From contig CM059433.1 in assembly GCA_030390025.1 (NCBI GenBank), positions 7,256,001-7,320,000 on the forward strand: a stretch of 64,000 nt of DNA, read 5' to 3'. A program made the position numbers and the translations under genes. Positions within the stretch are counted from its first letter, which is position 1. Every line of letters starts with the position of its first letter. Below, piece after piece: positions 1-11,772 of the stretch. This stretch comes from Squalus acanthias (Eukaryota). The notes below the pieces were generated by a model. The model had not been told where the DNA came from. It made no database searches and saw nothing but the letters and a program-made list of their open reading frames with translations.

Positions 1-249
1 CTGTGTGATTCTGGGATGAAAGCCAAAGACTCAACACACTTTTTCCACATCCTCGCTATTTCTTTTCTTGAGAATTGAGTCACCTACGACACCTCTGTGG
101 TACCACAACCTACAAAATAGAATCAAAATCAGGCACAATTTTTTTTAAAGCTGGAATCAACGAAAAATCATTTGTCCTAGTGGCTTGGGTTCTTCAGCAC
201 TGTACGATAACCTAGCTGATTCCAGCTCGCTTATTAATTTTCAATCCTC

Positions 250-870
250 TATATAAATTGTTTATGTACAATCCAAGTGGAAGCAGCAAACATCTTGCCT
301 AGTCACAAGGATCAAAATAAATCAGCTAAATGTAGACCAGTATCTCTCTTGCCATTATATCGAGCCTCATGGAAACCATACTGAATAACTATGATCAGCT
401 TGGATTCTGAGGAAATTGGTCAACTTGTAATGCTGTTAAACCCATGATCAGAAGAATGGTGATCTGTCTCAATTTCCAACATGAGCAGTAAATGTTGCTA
501 AAACCTACAGGCTACCTAGTCAAAAGCCCTAGCTTCAAGCAAATTCAAGACTTAGCATGAGAAAGGCATCAGCAAACATAGCCAGCTACTCCACAATGTA
601 TCCCACAAATTCAAAAGCACCCCCCAGACCTATGCCTCGACATCCTAAACCCTCCTTGAACACATCTTCACTCTCAGTTTGGTGTCTAAATGGAATGTGG
701 AAAGCCGATAGGAGTTCCAGGGTTGAGACCTGGGTTGCCCTTCACAGGAGACAAATGAAGAAAGCTGTGGAAGCCGTTGCTTCTTCAAGCAGAATCAGTT
801 CCAAATAATACTGCACCCTTTCGAGCAAATGTTCGAGAGGCTGAGGCCAAGAGCTCCAAGGAAATAATGA
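250..870 (+). mobile_element. highly decayed non-LTR retrotransposon (RT) relic
   Basis: tagaccagtatctctcttgcc encodes an RPVSLL-like RT motif; frame broken. Confidence 0.35.
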
Positions 871-1799
871 ATTAGAATAGGACTATGCGATGAGCCTCGC
901 TTTCTGCACAGTGAGTATACTGGGAGGAGGAAGGTGTATTTGGAGTTTAGCAGTAATGTTAGGAACATTCAGAGGTGTATGTGACCTAATAGTATTAATA
1001 AAATAGATAAGGTTGTGACGGAGAGACTGAAGGCTCGAAGTGAAAGGGGGATCACTCATCAGACAGAAGGTTTTTCTTGTATCCTGTCCAGGAGAGCAAG
1101 AGCAGTATTCTGGACTTGGGGATTATAAGCTAATAGTTGTTTAGGGGAACAGAAAGTCTTTGGCATGAAAGAGGAAACCAGGTTTCTTGGAGATAACTTT
1201 AGCATTAGCAGGTGTGGGAGCACCATTTGGGGTCAGAAGGAGGGAGCTATGAAAGACACTGGGTGGCAGCTGCTGGACATGAGACAGAAAGAAACTCTTT
1301 GATAAACTGAAAGAATCAAGTTGTTCATTGCCTTAACCCTGCAGCATAATATAAATTAGCATGGTACATTTTATTTTGTAAACTATTGTTAAATATCAAC
1401 GTCCAGTATATTCACTTTCAGAAAAAAGTCCAGCTGTCTGATAAAGATTTCAAGTTGGATTGCCTGATTAACGTGTATTTCTTTTAATGTGAATGCAATA
1501 GACGTTGAAGCACAATTCCAACAAAATCTATAGATGTTGTCTTTATCCTTCTCCTGTAGATGCATTCTCCGTGACAATCCTTGCTCACGGGATAATTCCA
1601 CTAACTTTCCTCTTGTCGTTCTAAATGTGTTTGTAATTTGTACTAAAATTACCTCCTACTTGTGCAGAGTTTTGTTGCATTACCTCATGCTTAATTCATC
1701 ATAATGTGAAGTTGCTATTCACATCAAACACTTTTTAGTCAGTGACCGCATTTAGAAATTGAAGGACTTCTTCTAACGGACGAATCATTACTCTATAAA

Positions 1800-1975
1800 C
1801 CAGCAAAAAGCTGCAGCTGCTGGAAATCTGAAACTAAAACCGAAAATGCTGGAAACAGTCAGCGAAGTCGGGCAGCATCTGTTAAGAGAGCAGATGAGTT
1901 GATGTTTTTGATGTAGACCCGTCGTCAGAACTGACTGACGGACTTGAGTGTTTCCAGCATTTTCATTTGCTGCTG
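1800..1975 (-). mobile_element. decayed Penelope-type pseudo-LTR fragment (family A)
   Basis: Similar to 53880-54057 (gctggaaatctgaaa..aaaatgctgga..gcagcatctg..cgtcagaactg); hammerhead core degenerate. Confidence 0.6.
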
Positions 1976-2421
1976 CGTCACTGCTATACTGGTGCAACAA
2001 ATGTTATCTTTTATTTGCAAAGCTTAAAACTTTTTTGTTTTGTTGCTATCTTTGTCGATCTTTTTGTTAATCTTTTTAGATGAGTGGAGTTCAAGTTAAG
2101 GGTATATTTAAGGAGATCGTCGATTGCTAAATGTTTTTCCATACATGGACAATAGTTGCAACACAGAGCTATTGTGCTGCAGCTAGACGTCACTCATACT
2201 CTTTGTAATTACTGTACTGGAACCTTTTACGAGCTAAGGATGTGTGCAGAACAGTTTGTACATGTAGCGAAAACGACTCCTAACAGCGTTATGCCTAAAT
2301 GCTTACCAGTTATTTTGTGTGGAGGGGAAAGTGATTTTTTTTTTAACATGGTATGGAAGTTTGGTCTGCAGCAAGGGAGCACCGAGGAAAATTAACATAA
2401 CTTTTATTTCCATCCTTTTAG

Positions 2422-2478
2422 GATAAGAAACTAGACCAGCAGTATGAGGAGAGCACAAAAACGTTCTTCCCTCCCAGC
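2422..2478 (+). CDS. ADAM17: ADAM17 penultimate coding exon (juxtamembrane cytoplasmic segment)
   Basis: ttttag|GAT...AGC|gtacgt; translates DKKLDQQYEESTKTFFPPS, matching vertebrate ADAM17 DKKLDKQYESLSLFHPS; phase 0 joins the last exon. Confidence 0.93.
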
Positions 2479-2719
2479 GTACGTATTGTAGAAATTTGCT
2501 TATGATCGGTTCAGTTTCCGGCAGCCAAATCTTTGTATGTGAAATATACTATAGAGTTATTTTCATGTTTATTGATAGACTTTTGAAAAGATGTTTTGTT
2601 CTGGCACATTTTTATTCAGTACAGAATCAACAAACTTGCATTTTAATTTTAGCTCTCCAGCATTTTCTGTTATTTTGCATTTTAATAACTCAGGATATCC
2701 CAAAGTACTTTACAGCCAG

Positions 2720-3455
2720 TTAATTGCTTTTATTTTGTAGGCAAATATAGCAGCCAATTTTCATACAGTAAGGTCATACAAACAGCAATGGGTTCACTGG
2801 CCAAATAAACTGCTTTTGGTAGTGCTGGTCGATAGATAAATGCTGGGCAGGACATTGGGAGAACTGCCTGCTCTTTGAATAGTGCCGTGGGATCGATTAC
2901 ATTCACCTGAAAGGGCAGACAAAATACGGCACTTTCAACAATACAGTACTGCATTAAATTGTCAGCTCCCTCCGTACTTCACTGAAGTGGCAGCCTAGAT
3001 TGTATGTCATAGAATCATAATTTATACAGCACAGAAAGAGGCCCTTCGGCCCATCGTGTCCGCGCCGGCCATCAAGCCCTGTCTATTCTAATCCCATTTT
3101 CCAGCACTTGGTCCGTAGCCTTGTATGCTATGGCGTTTCAGGTGCTCATCTAAATGCTTCTTGAATGTTGTGAGTGTTCCTGCCTCTACCGCCCTTTCAG
3201 GCAGTGAGTTCCAGATTCCAACCACCCTCTGGGTGAAAAAGTTTTTCCTCAAATCCCCTCTAAACCTCCTGCCCCTTACCTTGAAACTATGCCCCCTGGT
3301 TATTGACTCCTCTACTAAGGGGAAAAGTTCCTTTCTATCTACGCCCCTCATAATTTTGTACACCTCAATCAGGTCCCCCCTCAGCCTTCTCTGCTCAAGT
3401 TCTGGAGTGGGACTTGAACCCACAACCTTTCTGATGACTACCACTGAGCCAGGGC
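2720..3455 (-). mobile_element. tRNA-derived SINE (Deu/SacSINE1-like) interrupted by a CR1 3' fragment at about 3008-3397
   Basis: SINE body matches 54950-55378; the insert encodes the CR1 ORF2 C-terminus LEQRRLRGDLIEVYK...FFTQRVV and the CR1 tail. Confidence 0.8.
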
Positions 3456-3850
3456 TGCCACTACGGACACAATCTCTGATGGGCGCTCTGCATTAAACTG
3501 GGCTATAGTTGGAGGTCAGTCGTGTAAATTACAGTCGGTGAATTTGGGGTTGAATTTGTTTTAATTCTGTCTTTGCCAAAGACACATTTGCCATTGTTCT
3601 CGCATATATAAAATGGTCTGCAAGCAACTGCATGAAGGAACATCAAGAGGCAATGATTTACAAAATATGCTTGATGTTATGTCACTTTAATAGCCTGTTA
3701 ACAGGGTCCTGCTGGTCTTTAAAACTGGGACATTTCAGGGATGTGAATCAGAATAGGCAGAATTTACCCATACGTCACAGGGCTAACCAGACATTACTGA
3801 GCTAATAATTCTCTGCAGTTACCAGGTAACATGGGGCTGATGAAGTCTAT

Positions 3851-4020
3851 AACAACAACTGGCATTTATATAGCGCCTTTAACGTAGTAAAACATCCCAA
3901 GGTGCTTCACAGGAGGAGTATTAAACAAAATTTGACTGCAGACCACATAGAGCTATTAGGACAGGTGACCAGAAGCTTGGTCAAAGAGGTAGGATGTACG
4001 GAGCGTCTTAAAGGAGGAGA
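3851..4020 (-). mobile_element. L2-type LINE 3' end
   Basis: aacaacaact..catttatatagcgcctttaacgtagtaaaacatcccaaggtgcttcaca; near-identical copy at 8752. Confidence 0.65.
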
Positions 4021-4947
4021 TGGTCGTACTGGCCAGTTGCTGTTTGAAGCCTGACTCCACCTCCTTCCAGGCATGCGACAATGCTGACTGCTGGGGATGG
4101 TGCACTTCCTGCAGCACGACCTGTCCTTCAGCAGGCGTCGAATAGGGGGGCATTCACTTTCATTGTCTGTATCCCTATAAGTTGATCACAGAAAATTGCG
4201 TGCAAATGGCACACTTCACGTTGGGTCATGTAACCCCTGCACTGCACCTCTTGGATATAAACTGCACCCATATCGGAAAATCTAGCCTATTGTCTCTCAA
4301 GAAAATCTGTCGGGAATGGAGATGATCTTTCTCAGCTGTATTGTATGAAAAGCCTTATCTTTATTTTTTCTGGTCATTGGCAGATTTTTTTTGCATCATA
4401 CACCAGAAGTTCAGAGTTAACATTTATCAAATTTGCTCAAAAGTTTAAACAAAAATTCCTGCGGTTCTTGTTGGCGTATGCAGGTTCAGTAAGTCTGAAA
4501 GAATGTTGTATTACCCACTGGAGGTCATTTACCAGTTGTCACACTCTTTTTGAAAGAATTCCACTCCTGCACACACAGCTCTCTGAGCCCAAAAAATGCA
4601 CTGAGCTGGCATCACTTGGAGATGGTCTTGGTCTCAGTTGATATCTCAAATGCTGCCTCTTATAAGCAAATAAATAACTGGGTCCTGGAACAAGGTTTTG
4701 TGTGCAGCGGAATCACTTAACCATCCACCTTGCACTGATTTCCTCCCCTTCTTTCCTGGAGGCACTGAAGTCCAATGCCGGGGTAGTTCCACCTTCCAGT
4801 GCCTCCCGCAAGTGCTCATTGTTCAGGTGCGAGTCTTGACGGTGAGCGTCAACAGGTCATTTCAGAGGTTATGGGGGGTATTGCAACAAATCTGATCCGT
4901 ATCTACTGTGGCCTATTGTACATGTGCACTTTCCAGCAGGCGCCACA

Positions 4948-5010
4948 GGGATGGGCAATAAATGCTGGCCTTGCCAGCGATGCCCACATCCCATTAACGA
5001 ATTAAAAAAA
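4948..5010 (+). mobile_element. isolated 3' tail of LINE family B or its SINE
   Basis: gggatgggcaataaatgctggccttgccagcgatgcccacatccc followed by an A-run. Confidence 0.85.
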
Positions 5011-6615
5011 AGTGATCAGGATGGGAACTGTTGCTGACGGCCCCTCTCTCCCCCCCTTTACCCTCCCCCCTGACCTCCTTACCTCTAGAGTGCTGCTGCC
5101 AATAGTAACCATCTGTACTGTCACCCACTCTGATCAATAATTCAGCACAAACAAGAGATCCCTTCTGGGTTGCGCAGTGCATTTACCTACAGTCAGGGGA
5201 CCAGGACCCAAGTTTCTTTTGAGTCTTTTTCCTCTGAGAGATGAAGGCAATTAGTATTTGTATGTAAATAACGTTTCTCTCAAAGAACGAGAAACATCAT
5301 ATGTACAATCAAAGTGACCGGATCCAAATTTTGCAAAAACTGATGCAAATAATTCTGTTAACGTAATGCCATTACTCACCTCTTGTACTTCTACCAGATT
5401 TGTGTCTTAAAGTCTCCTATCTGCTCATCGGGGTGAAGGATGTCATTAATGAGAACTAGAATGTTGTTTTTCACTTTGTGTTTGCATCAAACACTGGCAC
5501 CTGGTACATTTCAGAGAGAGCATCGTCTAGAGTGGCCCAGTCACTTCTCATCCTAGCCTTGTTGTTACAGATGACTTTCCTATTTCCCATTAAAGGCACC
5601 CTTGCAGCTTTTCTGAACAGATATGATTGATTAGGCTAGTTTCTGGTTAGTTTTGTGTTGTACTCTTTAATTCAGTGGAAGCTAGGTTCAGATTGCTCAA
5701 GTGTTTCATTTTGAACCATAAATGGGGCCAAAAGGCTATCTATCTACTGCTATCGGTTTTCACTGGCTTTGAATTTTGGTCCCAGCAATGATCATGAAAT
5801 GTTCAACTGTGCCAACTAGTTCCCTTAAAATGATTTGTTAATACAAATTGTATGATTCAAAATAATCTGTGATGCATGTTGCAATCAAGCATACTATGAA
5901 TATGGAATTTATTTTGTTTACATGAGAACTGCTGTCCCAAGAGACCAGGCAATTTGAATTAAAAATAAAACCGGCAGCCTTCAAATGGCAGCTGTAACCA
6001 TAGTAACTGCCCCGGACTTCCCCTAAGCATTCTGATGCATCAGTACAAAATGCAGTTTTCTGGTACTAAGCAGAAAACCGTACAAAACCAAACCAACCAA
6101 CCCACCAAGAGCCATGTTCTAATACTGAGCATGCAGACGCACTTCACTGAGTCACTCGTGAGTTATTTGGTCTCCTTCACGTATGCTGCATTCATCAAGT
6201 TACCCACAAAAGCATTCAATGAGGGAATATTTTGAAAATGTTATTTGAGATGTCCCCAACCCACGACTCGGATGCTGCACAATGTTGTTGGGACTTGAAA
6301 TGACGTAGAATCGTGGGGCTTTTATCTGCCACATTTAAGTTGAGGCAACCGTGACGCTGTAAAACCTGTAATCGCAGGGTTGTGAAGTAAACACCACAAA
6401 AGCTCACTTTGCTGATGTATGTATTTTCCATTCCATTTTAAAGATATTAGACTGTATAGCTACCGTAAGCCCATGAAGTGCAAGTACAGCTCTTGGGTGA
6501 TGGTGACATTTTTGCCAGTACAAAAGGTACAAAGCCTCTGCTACCTCTGTTCTAGGATATCTTTGTCGACATATTGTTTTGTGAAATGTAATTTGTTTTT
6601 AACTATTTACTGCAG

Positions 6616-6978
6616 AACGCTGAGATGTTTAGTAGCCTAGAGTCTGCCTCAGTTCGCATAGTGAAGCCTTTTTCTCAGTCTACAAGTCGTTTTCAACTAC
6701 CACCACCACAACTACCGCCACCACCACCAGTGACTGTTCCTACAATAGTGGTGCCAACAAAATCTGATCATCATCGGATGGACACTATACAGGAAGATCC
6801 CAGCGTTGACTCTCTAATTGGTGAGGGTGGGCTAGACGAGGACCCTTTTCCAAATAGTAGCCAGACAGCAAAATCCTTTGAAGATTTAACGGGGCACTCT
6901 GTCAACAGGAGCGACAAGGCATCTGTGTTTAAATTGCAGCGACAAACCCGCGTCGACAGTAAGGAGACTGAGTGCTAA
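6616..6978 (+). CDS. ADAM17: ADAM17 last coding exon (cytoplasmic tail)
   Basis: tgcag|[31 protein letters not shown]...[12 protein letters not shown]...[15 protein letters not shown]...[16 protein letters not shown], the characteristic ADAM17 C-terminus. Confidence 0.97.
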   Translation, partial: NAEMFSSLESASVRIVKPFSQSTSRFQLPPPQLPPPPPVTVPTIVVPTKSDHHRMDTIQEDPSVDSLIGEGGLDEDPFPNSSQTAKSFEDLTGHSVNRSDKASVFKLQRQTRVDSKETEC

Positions 6979-7601
6979 TATTCTTTGGTCAGATAAAGGC
7001 TTTTTTTAAAAATTGAATTATTTATCATGTGGCGTCTCTATTATTGTTAGAAGTAAAGTTAAATCCATTTATGTGCAAATTTGATGGGAAATAATTCCCA
7101 GTATGTGCAGTATTTTTAAAAACTGATTATTAATTTGTTCCTGACTTGGAACTCCTGTAACTGGCCCTGAAGTACGCAAACCTAGTTCTGAGCACATGGC
7201 CCCTTTTAAAAAATAAATAAATAAATAAATTTGGGCCAATCATGACTAATTGCAAATAACTGGATTCAATTATAGTTAAAGGAATTGTTATATTGGTATT
7301 TTTTACAACACATACCTGTACATAGCCATCAGATCTTGTATGCAAGTATTACTTTTTCTTTTTTTTTAAAAAAAAATCATAAAAATGTCAAAAAAAAACT
7401 ATGGTCAGTTGCATTACTCTGTTTGAAAGCACTGATACACAAATTGCTGCCTCATCACATTCATAACTAACATTGTGATTTTATTTTGCATCAGTTCTTG
7501 CAAGCAGTGTGGGCAGATTACTGCTGCAATTTTGGTAATGATTAAAGCATTTTGTGATTTCTTTTGTATTTGGGGGAACTATTGTGACTGCATTGTACTT
7601 T

Positions 7602-7607
7602 AATAAA
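7602..7607 (+). promoter_or_regulatory. candidate ADAM17 polyadenylation signal AATAAA
   Basis: AATAAA about 620 nt after the stop, followed by U/GU-rich sequence (tttttaattggtttgtctgttttt); other AATAAA copies lie in an (AAAT)n run near 7211. Confidence 0.55.
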
Positions 7608-7790
7608 AAGAGAGTTTGGATTTTTAATTGGTTTGTCTGTTTTACTGAAAAGCTTCAAATATTTGGAAGAAATTCTAAATGTGTGATATAAAAATAGAAA
7701 GCAATGATTAAAAGCAATGATCAGTACGCAACCTGAACCCCTTCCATTTCAGTGCAAAAATACTTTCAAATTACAGTCTGTTGAATTGTA

Positions 7791-7916
7791 GGCTTGATTT
7801 TTTTTGTACCTCCCCCAATAGCAGAACTGAGGTCTGCAATACAGTGTCACAATCGGAGAGACTGGTCCCGATATTAACAGGTGAGCAGGAAGGGGGCTGG
7901 TGTTAAAATCAAGGCC
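7791..7916. mobile_element. MITE-like element with short terminal inverted repeats
   Basis: ta-ggcttgatttt ... aaaatcaaggcc-ta. Confidence 0.5.
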
Positions 7917-8362
7917 TATGTATGCTGTTAAGGAAAGGACTGGCTAATGGCAGATGTGGAGCAGACTGACCATAGAACAGGGTTTACTGCATGTGTCAAG
8001 ACACCTGGCCAACCAAAAAAAACTGTAGAAGGTCTGAGTAAATCTGGTGTGGTGTACCCACAGGGCTGCGATCGCACCCCTCTTGGGTGGATATTGGCAA
8101 TCAGCCGCCACCTCCCTTTTCCCCCTCGGGTTATATTGTTGAACTGGCATCATGGAGTGTTGTCTCAGTACCTCACACACACTATTGGAAAGTTTTTTTT
8201 TGTGTTTGTGAATGGTGAGAAGGATATGACATAGACAGCGACACAGGCAGGATGGATGCAGCTGAAGCAGTTAGATTTGATAAGAGAAAGCTGCAAAGCA
8301 GTGAGGCCCAGATAATATAGGCAACAGAATAAATCATTTTGATTTTGTTAAATTAGCATCAC

Positions 8363-8368
8363 TTTATT
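8363..8368 (-). promoter_or_regulatory. candidate IAH1 polyadenylation signal
   Basis: tttatt on + = AATAAA on -, about 1.2 kb downstream of the IAH1 stop. Confidence 0.4.
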
Positions 8369-8751
8369 TTGAAAATTTTACATGTTACAGATCTCCGTAT
8401 ATTATTTATATCTCTTCCCCTCGTCTCCCATTACTGAGAGTAGAGGGTGGTACTTTGAATCTCAAAGCATTCATCCAAGTAACAGATTTTAAAATGTTAA
8501 ACTGTGTGTCTCTTCCCCCATCAAGGAAGACAGCTTAGTGAGAAAGCAGTCTGCTGGAGCCCTGCTTGCATTTTCTAGCTGGTATTTGACCTTTTAACTG
8601 TGTTCAACTAGAACAATATCCAGGGTGGTGATTCTCACAGCTTAACGATAGCTGATTGAAGACTACCCTATAAATGAAAAATTCTGCTCAGTATGCCACC
8701 TGACAGCAGGTGTAGGTCCTGTACTGGACACTTTTGGCAGAGACTTGGGTA

Positions 8752-9062
8752 CAACAACTTGTATTTATATAGCGCCTTTAACGTAGTAAAACATCCCAAG
8801 GTGCTTCACAGTGTTATCAAACAAAATCTGACATGGAGCCACATAAGGAGATATTCGGGTAGATGACCAAAAGCTTGGATAAAGGTAGTTCCAGAGATTA
8901 GGCACGGCAGCCAATTGTGGAACAATTAAAATTGGGGATGCTCAAGAGGCCAGAATTGGAGGAGCGCAGATATCTTGGAGGGTTGTAGGGGATTACAGAG
9001 ATATGGAGGGGCAAGGCCGTGGAGGGATGTGAAAACAAGGATGAGAACTTTAAAATCAAGGC
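8752..9062 (-). mobile_element. L2-type LINE 3' end within the putative IAH1 3' UTR
   Basis: Same tail as 3851-4020; also similar to 61480-61700. Confidence 0.65.
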
Positions 9063-9572
9063 GTACATTAGTAGCTCAGCAAGACTGCCCAAAAGAAAGG
9101 CAATCAATCTTATGCTGGCTCTTTGGTCTGTTTAGTAGCACAAGAAAATGTAGCTGCTTTCTTTATTTCTTTCGCTCTTCTGGAAGAATCCTTCTCTCGG
9201 GCCAGCAGACTGCTGCTTTGACTGCCACCAGCATGGTTGTTGGGGTCTCTGTTGCACCTCTAAAGTGGCAGGCTATCCATCCCAATTATAGAAATGACCT
9301 CATCCTCCTTCACCCACCTCCCAAAAAAAACCCTTGTGACAGGGTTAATAAACCAGCATCGGGTACCACGTGGCTTATAATGATTCCTGTGTAGTCAACC
9401 TCCATGGAAAAAACATGAGTGACTGAGTTAGTGACTGAGGAGCTGGAATCTCTGAACAGTGCACCAGTGGCATAAATGTGTCACCCTTCATATACTATGT
9501 TCTGTAGCTTCTAAGTTCAATGGAACATGAATCCTTGACACGCTCAATTTGTTGAAACCCTGTGTGGTTGAA

Positions 9573-9743
9573 TTACGCCAGTAGGCTGGCTTCGAGGTTT
9601 CGGTGATCTACGCTTTTCCAGTGTGGCAGGATCATCGGCAGACTTTCTTTTTTCTTTTCCAGCAGGGGCCACAAATGGGTTTCAAGAAACATACTCCCTT
9701 CTTCTGATAAATGCAGTCCATCCGAAAGATAGGACGAAAAGTC
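9573..9743 (-). CDS. IAH1: IAH1 exon 6 (last), with catalytic DxxH
   Basis: atacag|GAC; DFSSYLSDGLHLSEEGSMFLETHLWPLLEKKKESLPMILPHWKSVDHRNLEASLLA*. Confidence 0.95.
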   Translation of the reverse strand, partial: DFSSYLSDGLHLSEEGSMFLETHLWPLLEKKKESLPMILPHWKSVDHRNLEASLLA

Positions 9744-11199
9744 CTGTATTGCATTAAAAAAAAATGGATCTTCAAAGTTATGCAGTTCTTATAACTGATA
9801 AGTGCTGGATACATAAGATTTATTCATTCACAGACAAAATATTTTAAAATGATTGTACAGTCACTGCACCTGTGAGACAATACAAGTTGAATTTAGGCAA
9901 TTTTATGTTGACAGTACTGTGCCCGGAAAGCAGTGCACAGACCTACAATCACCACTATCCATCTTTTTCTTTTGCACTGCGCCACTGGGCTAGTTGGCAG
10001 TCAATGGGATAAAGGCCTGTGTTTTGCACTGCCTTAGATGTCAGTGGCCATGAAAATTCAGATCCTGGCAGCTATCGGAGGCATGAAGTCCGGCTCGTAC
10101 TGCTCAAGTGCCATTGCCAACACACACCAATGAAAAACTGCTATAAGCTGCAGTACTGTATCAGGCTTTCATACAAGGTGCCCTCATACATAATGGATTT
10201 ATTTTAACTGTATGCTACAAACTTTCTTTTAAAAAAAAAGTATCTCGCATACAGAAACTGCACTCTTACCCCTAGCTGCTCCCTTCCCCCCCAAAAAAAA
10301 ATCACATTTAAAGGACTAAAACTAAAACTTTTGTGGAATGGACTTGCGGAGTGTATCACAAATCCATTACGCGTCTTTATGAAGATCTTCGCTCATGTCC
10401 CACTGTTTTCATACAATAAGTGGTGACCTTTTCCATAAAAGTTATTTGTAATATTTTGGGGGGGTGGAAAAACATTCTATTGTAATTGAAGGATGCATAG
10501 AGTTTCTTCTATATAAATTATAAATTGTACAAAAGTGAAACAAAACTTATTTAAAACATAATGCAATCACACTTTTTTTTGGTCAGCCAGATACCTGACA
10601 TGTATAGAAACTGATCACCATATTTAAAAACTGCTGATAAATCCACAGATCTAGAGTTTCTATTTTCCTGATAGACTGCATACTCTGTCTTCCCCCTAGG
10701 GATACACCCTACTTACTGAATTCTAGACAGCTTAAGCACAGGTTAGCAGAGCCAAGGGTAAGGGTGAAGGACACCGGGAGGAGTGAAGGCAGAGCGGACC
10801 TGATCGGTAAATAAAGAGCGTGGTCTGAGGCCCAAACTCGCTGGGAGGAGCGAAGGTAGAGTATATTCGGTGAAATCAAAAAATGAAGGAGTGACGTCAC
10901 AGGACAGCAAGTAGGTGCTTGGTTGGTGAGTATTGCAGCTTTTTTTTGCTTTCTAAGTTAGGGTAATAGGTTAAATTAAGAGCTGGGAAAATATAACTGG
11001 TATTATTTTCTTAAATTAGTAACAAACTCGATTAACTACATAAAACTAAAAATAATCGATTGAATAAAAACTTTAACTAATTAAATTTAAAAAATCAGGT
11101 TAGATAGAGATGGCAGGGCAGGTGTTCACCTTATTCGCTGATGCACTATTACCGTTAAACTCTCTGTTTCTTCCTGTCACACTCTGCTTATCTTTACCC

Positions 11200-11772
11200 T
11201 GATGCGGAGATGCCGGTGTTGGACTGGGGTGGACAAAAGTGAGAAGTCGCACAACACCAGGTTATAGTCCAACAGTTTTATTTGAAATCACAAGCTTTCG
11301 GAGCTGCTGCCCCTTCATCAGGTGAAGTGAAGGAATACGAATCGGAAAAGCATAGATAGACAGAGAACAATGCCTGTGTAGCGTACAATATCAGACGACT
11401 ACAGTTAATCTTTCTGACTGCCTTTTATCACACCTCGGCAGAGAAACAATCAGGTCAGTCAGGAAGGCATTATATCAAAGACATAGCAAAATACAACTAA
11501 GACAATGAGGTGGGGTCACAGGGGGTCTAATGTGTCAAATGCAGTCTGTATGGAAAACCATAAACTTTTTACTGGAAATCACATCTGTGAACAAGCCAAC
11601 GACGACTCGAGTCTGAATGACTCTACGTCGTGTAGCGTGACATGAACCCAAGATCCCGGTTGAGGCCGTCCTCATGGGTGCGGAACTTGGCTATCAGTTT
11701 CTGCTCGATGATTTTGCGTTGTGTGTCTCAAAGGCCTCGAACAGCTTGTAAGCGTTCTCCAAGGCGGCCTTC
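11200..11772 (-). mobile_element. Penelope-like element 3' fragment (family B pLTR + GIY-YIG C-terminus) inserted into the CR1 ORF1
   Basis: Minus strand reads TQRKIIEQKLIAKFRTHEDGLNRDLGFMSRY*; pLTR contains a hammerhead and matches 42767-43026. Confidence 0.8.
11288..11325 (-). ncRNA. minimal type I hammerhead ribozyme motif (Penelope family B)
   Basis: UCAC-CUGAUGA-A-GGGGC(agca)GCUCC-GAAA-GCUU-GUGA: core boxes, stem II, stem I UCAC/GUGA, palindromic AAGCUU in place of stem III. Confidence 0.75.

Noticed and set aside
1..2400. Search for the ADAM17 transmembrane exon
   Set aside because: No matching exon found; presumably upstream of the window
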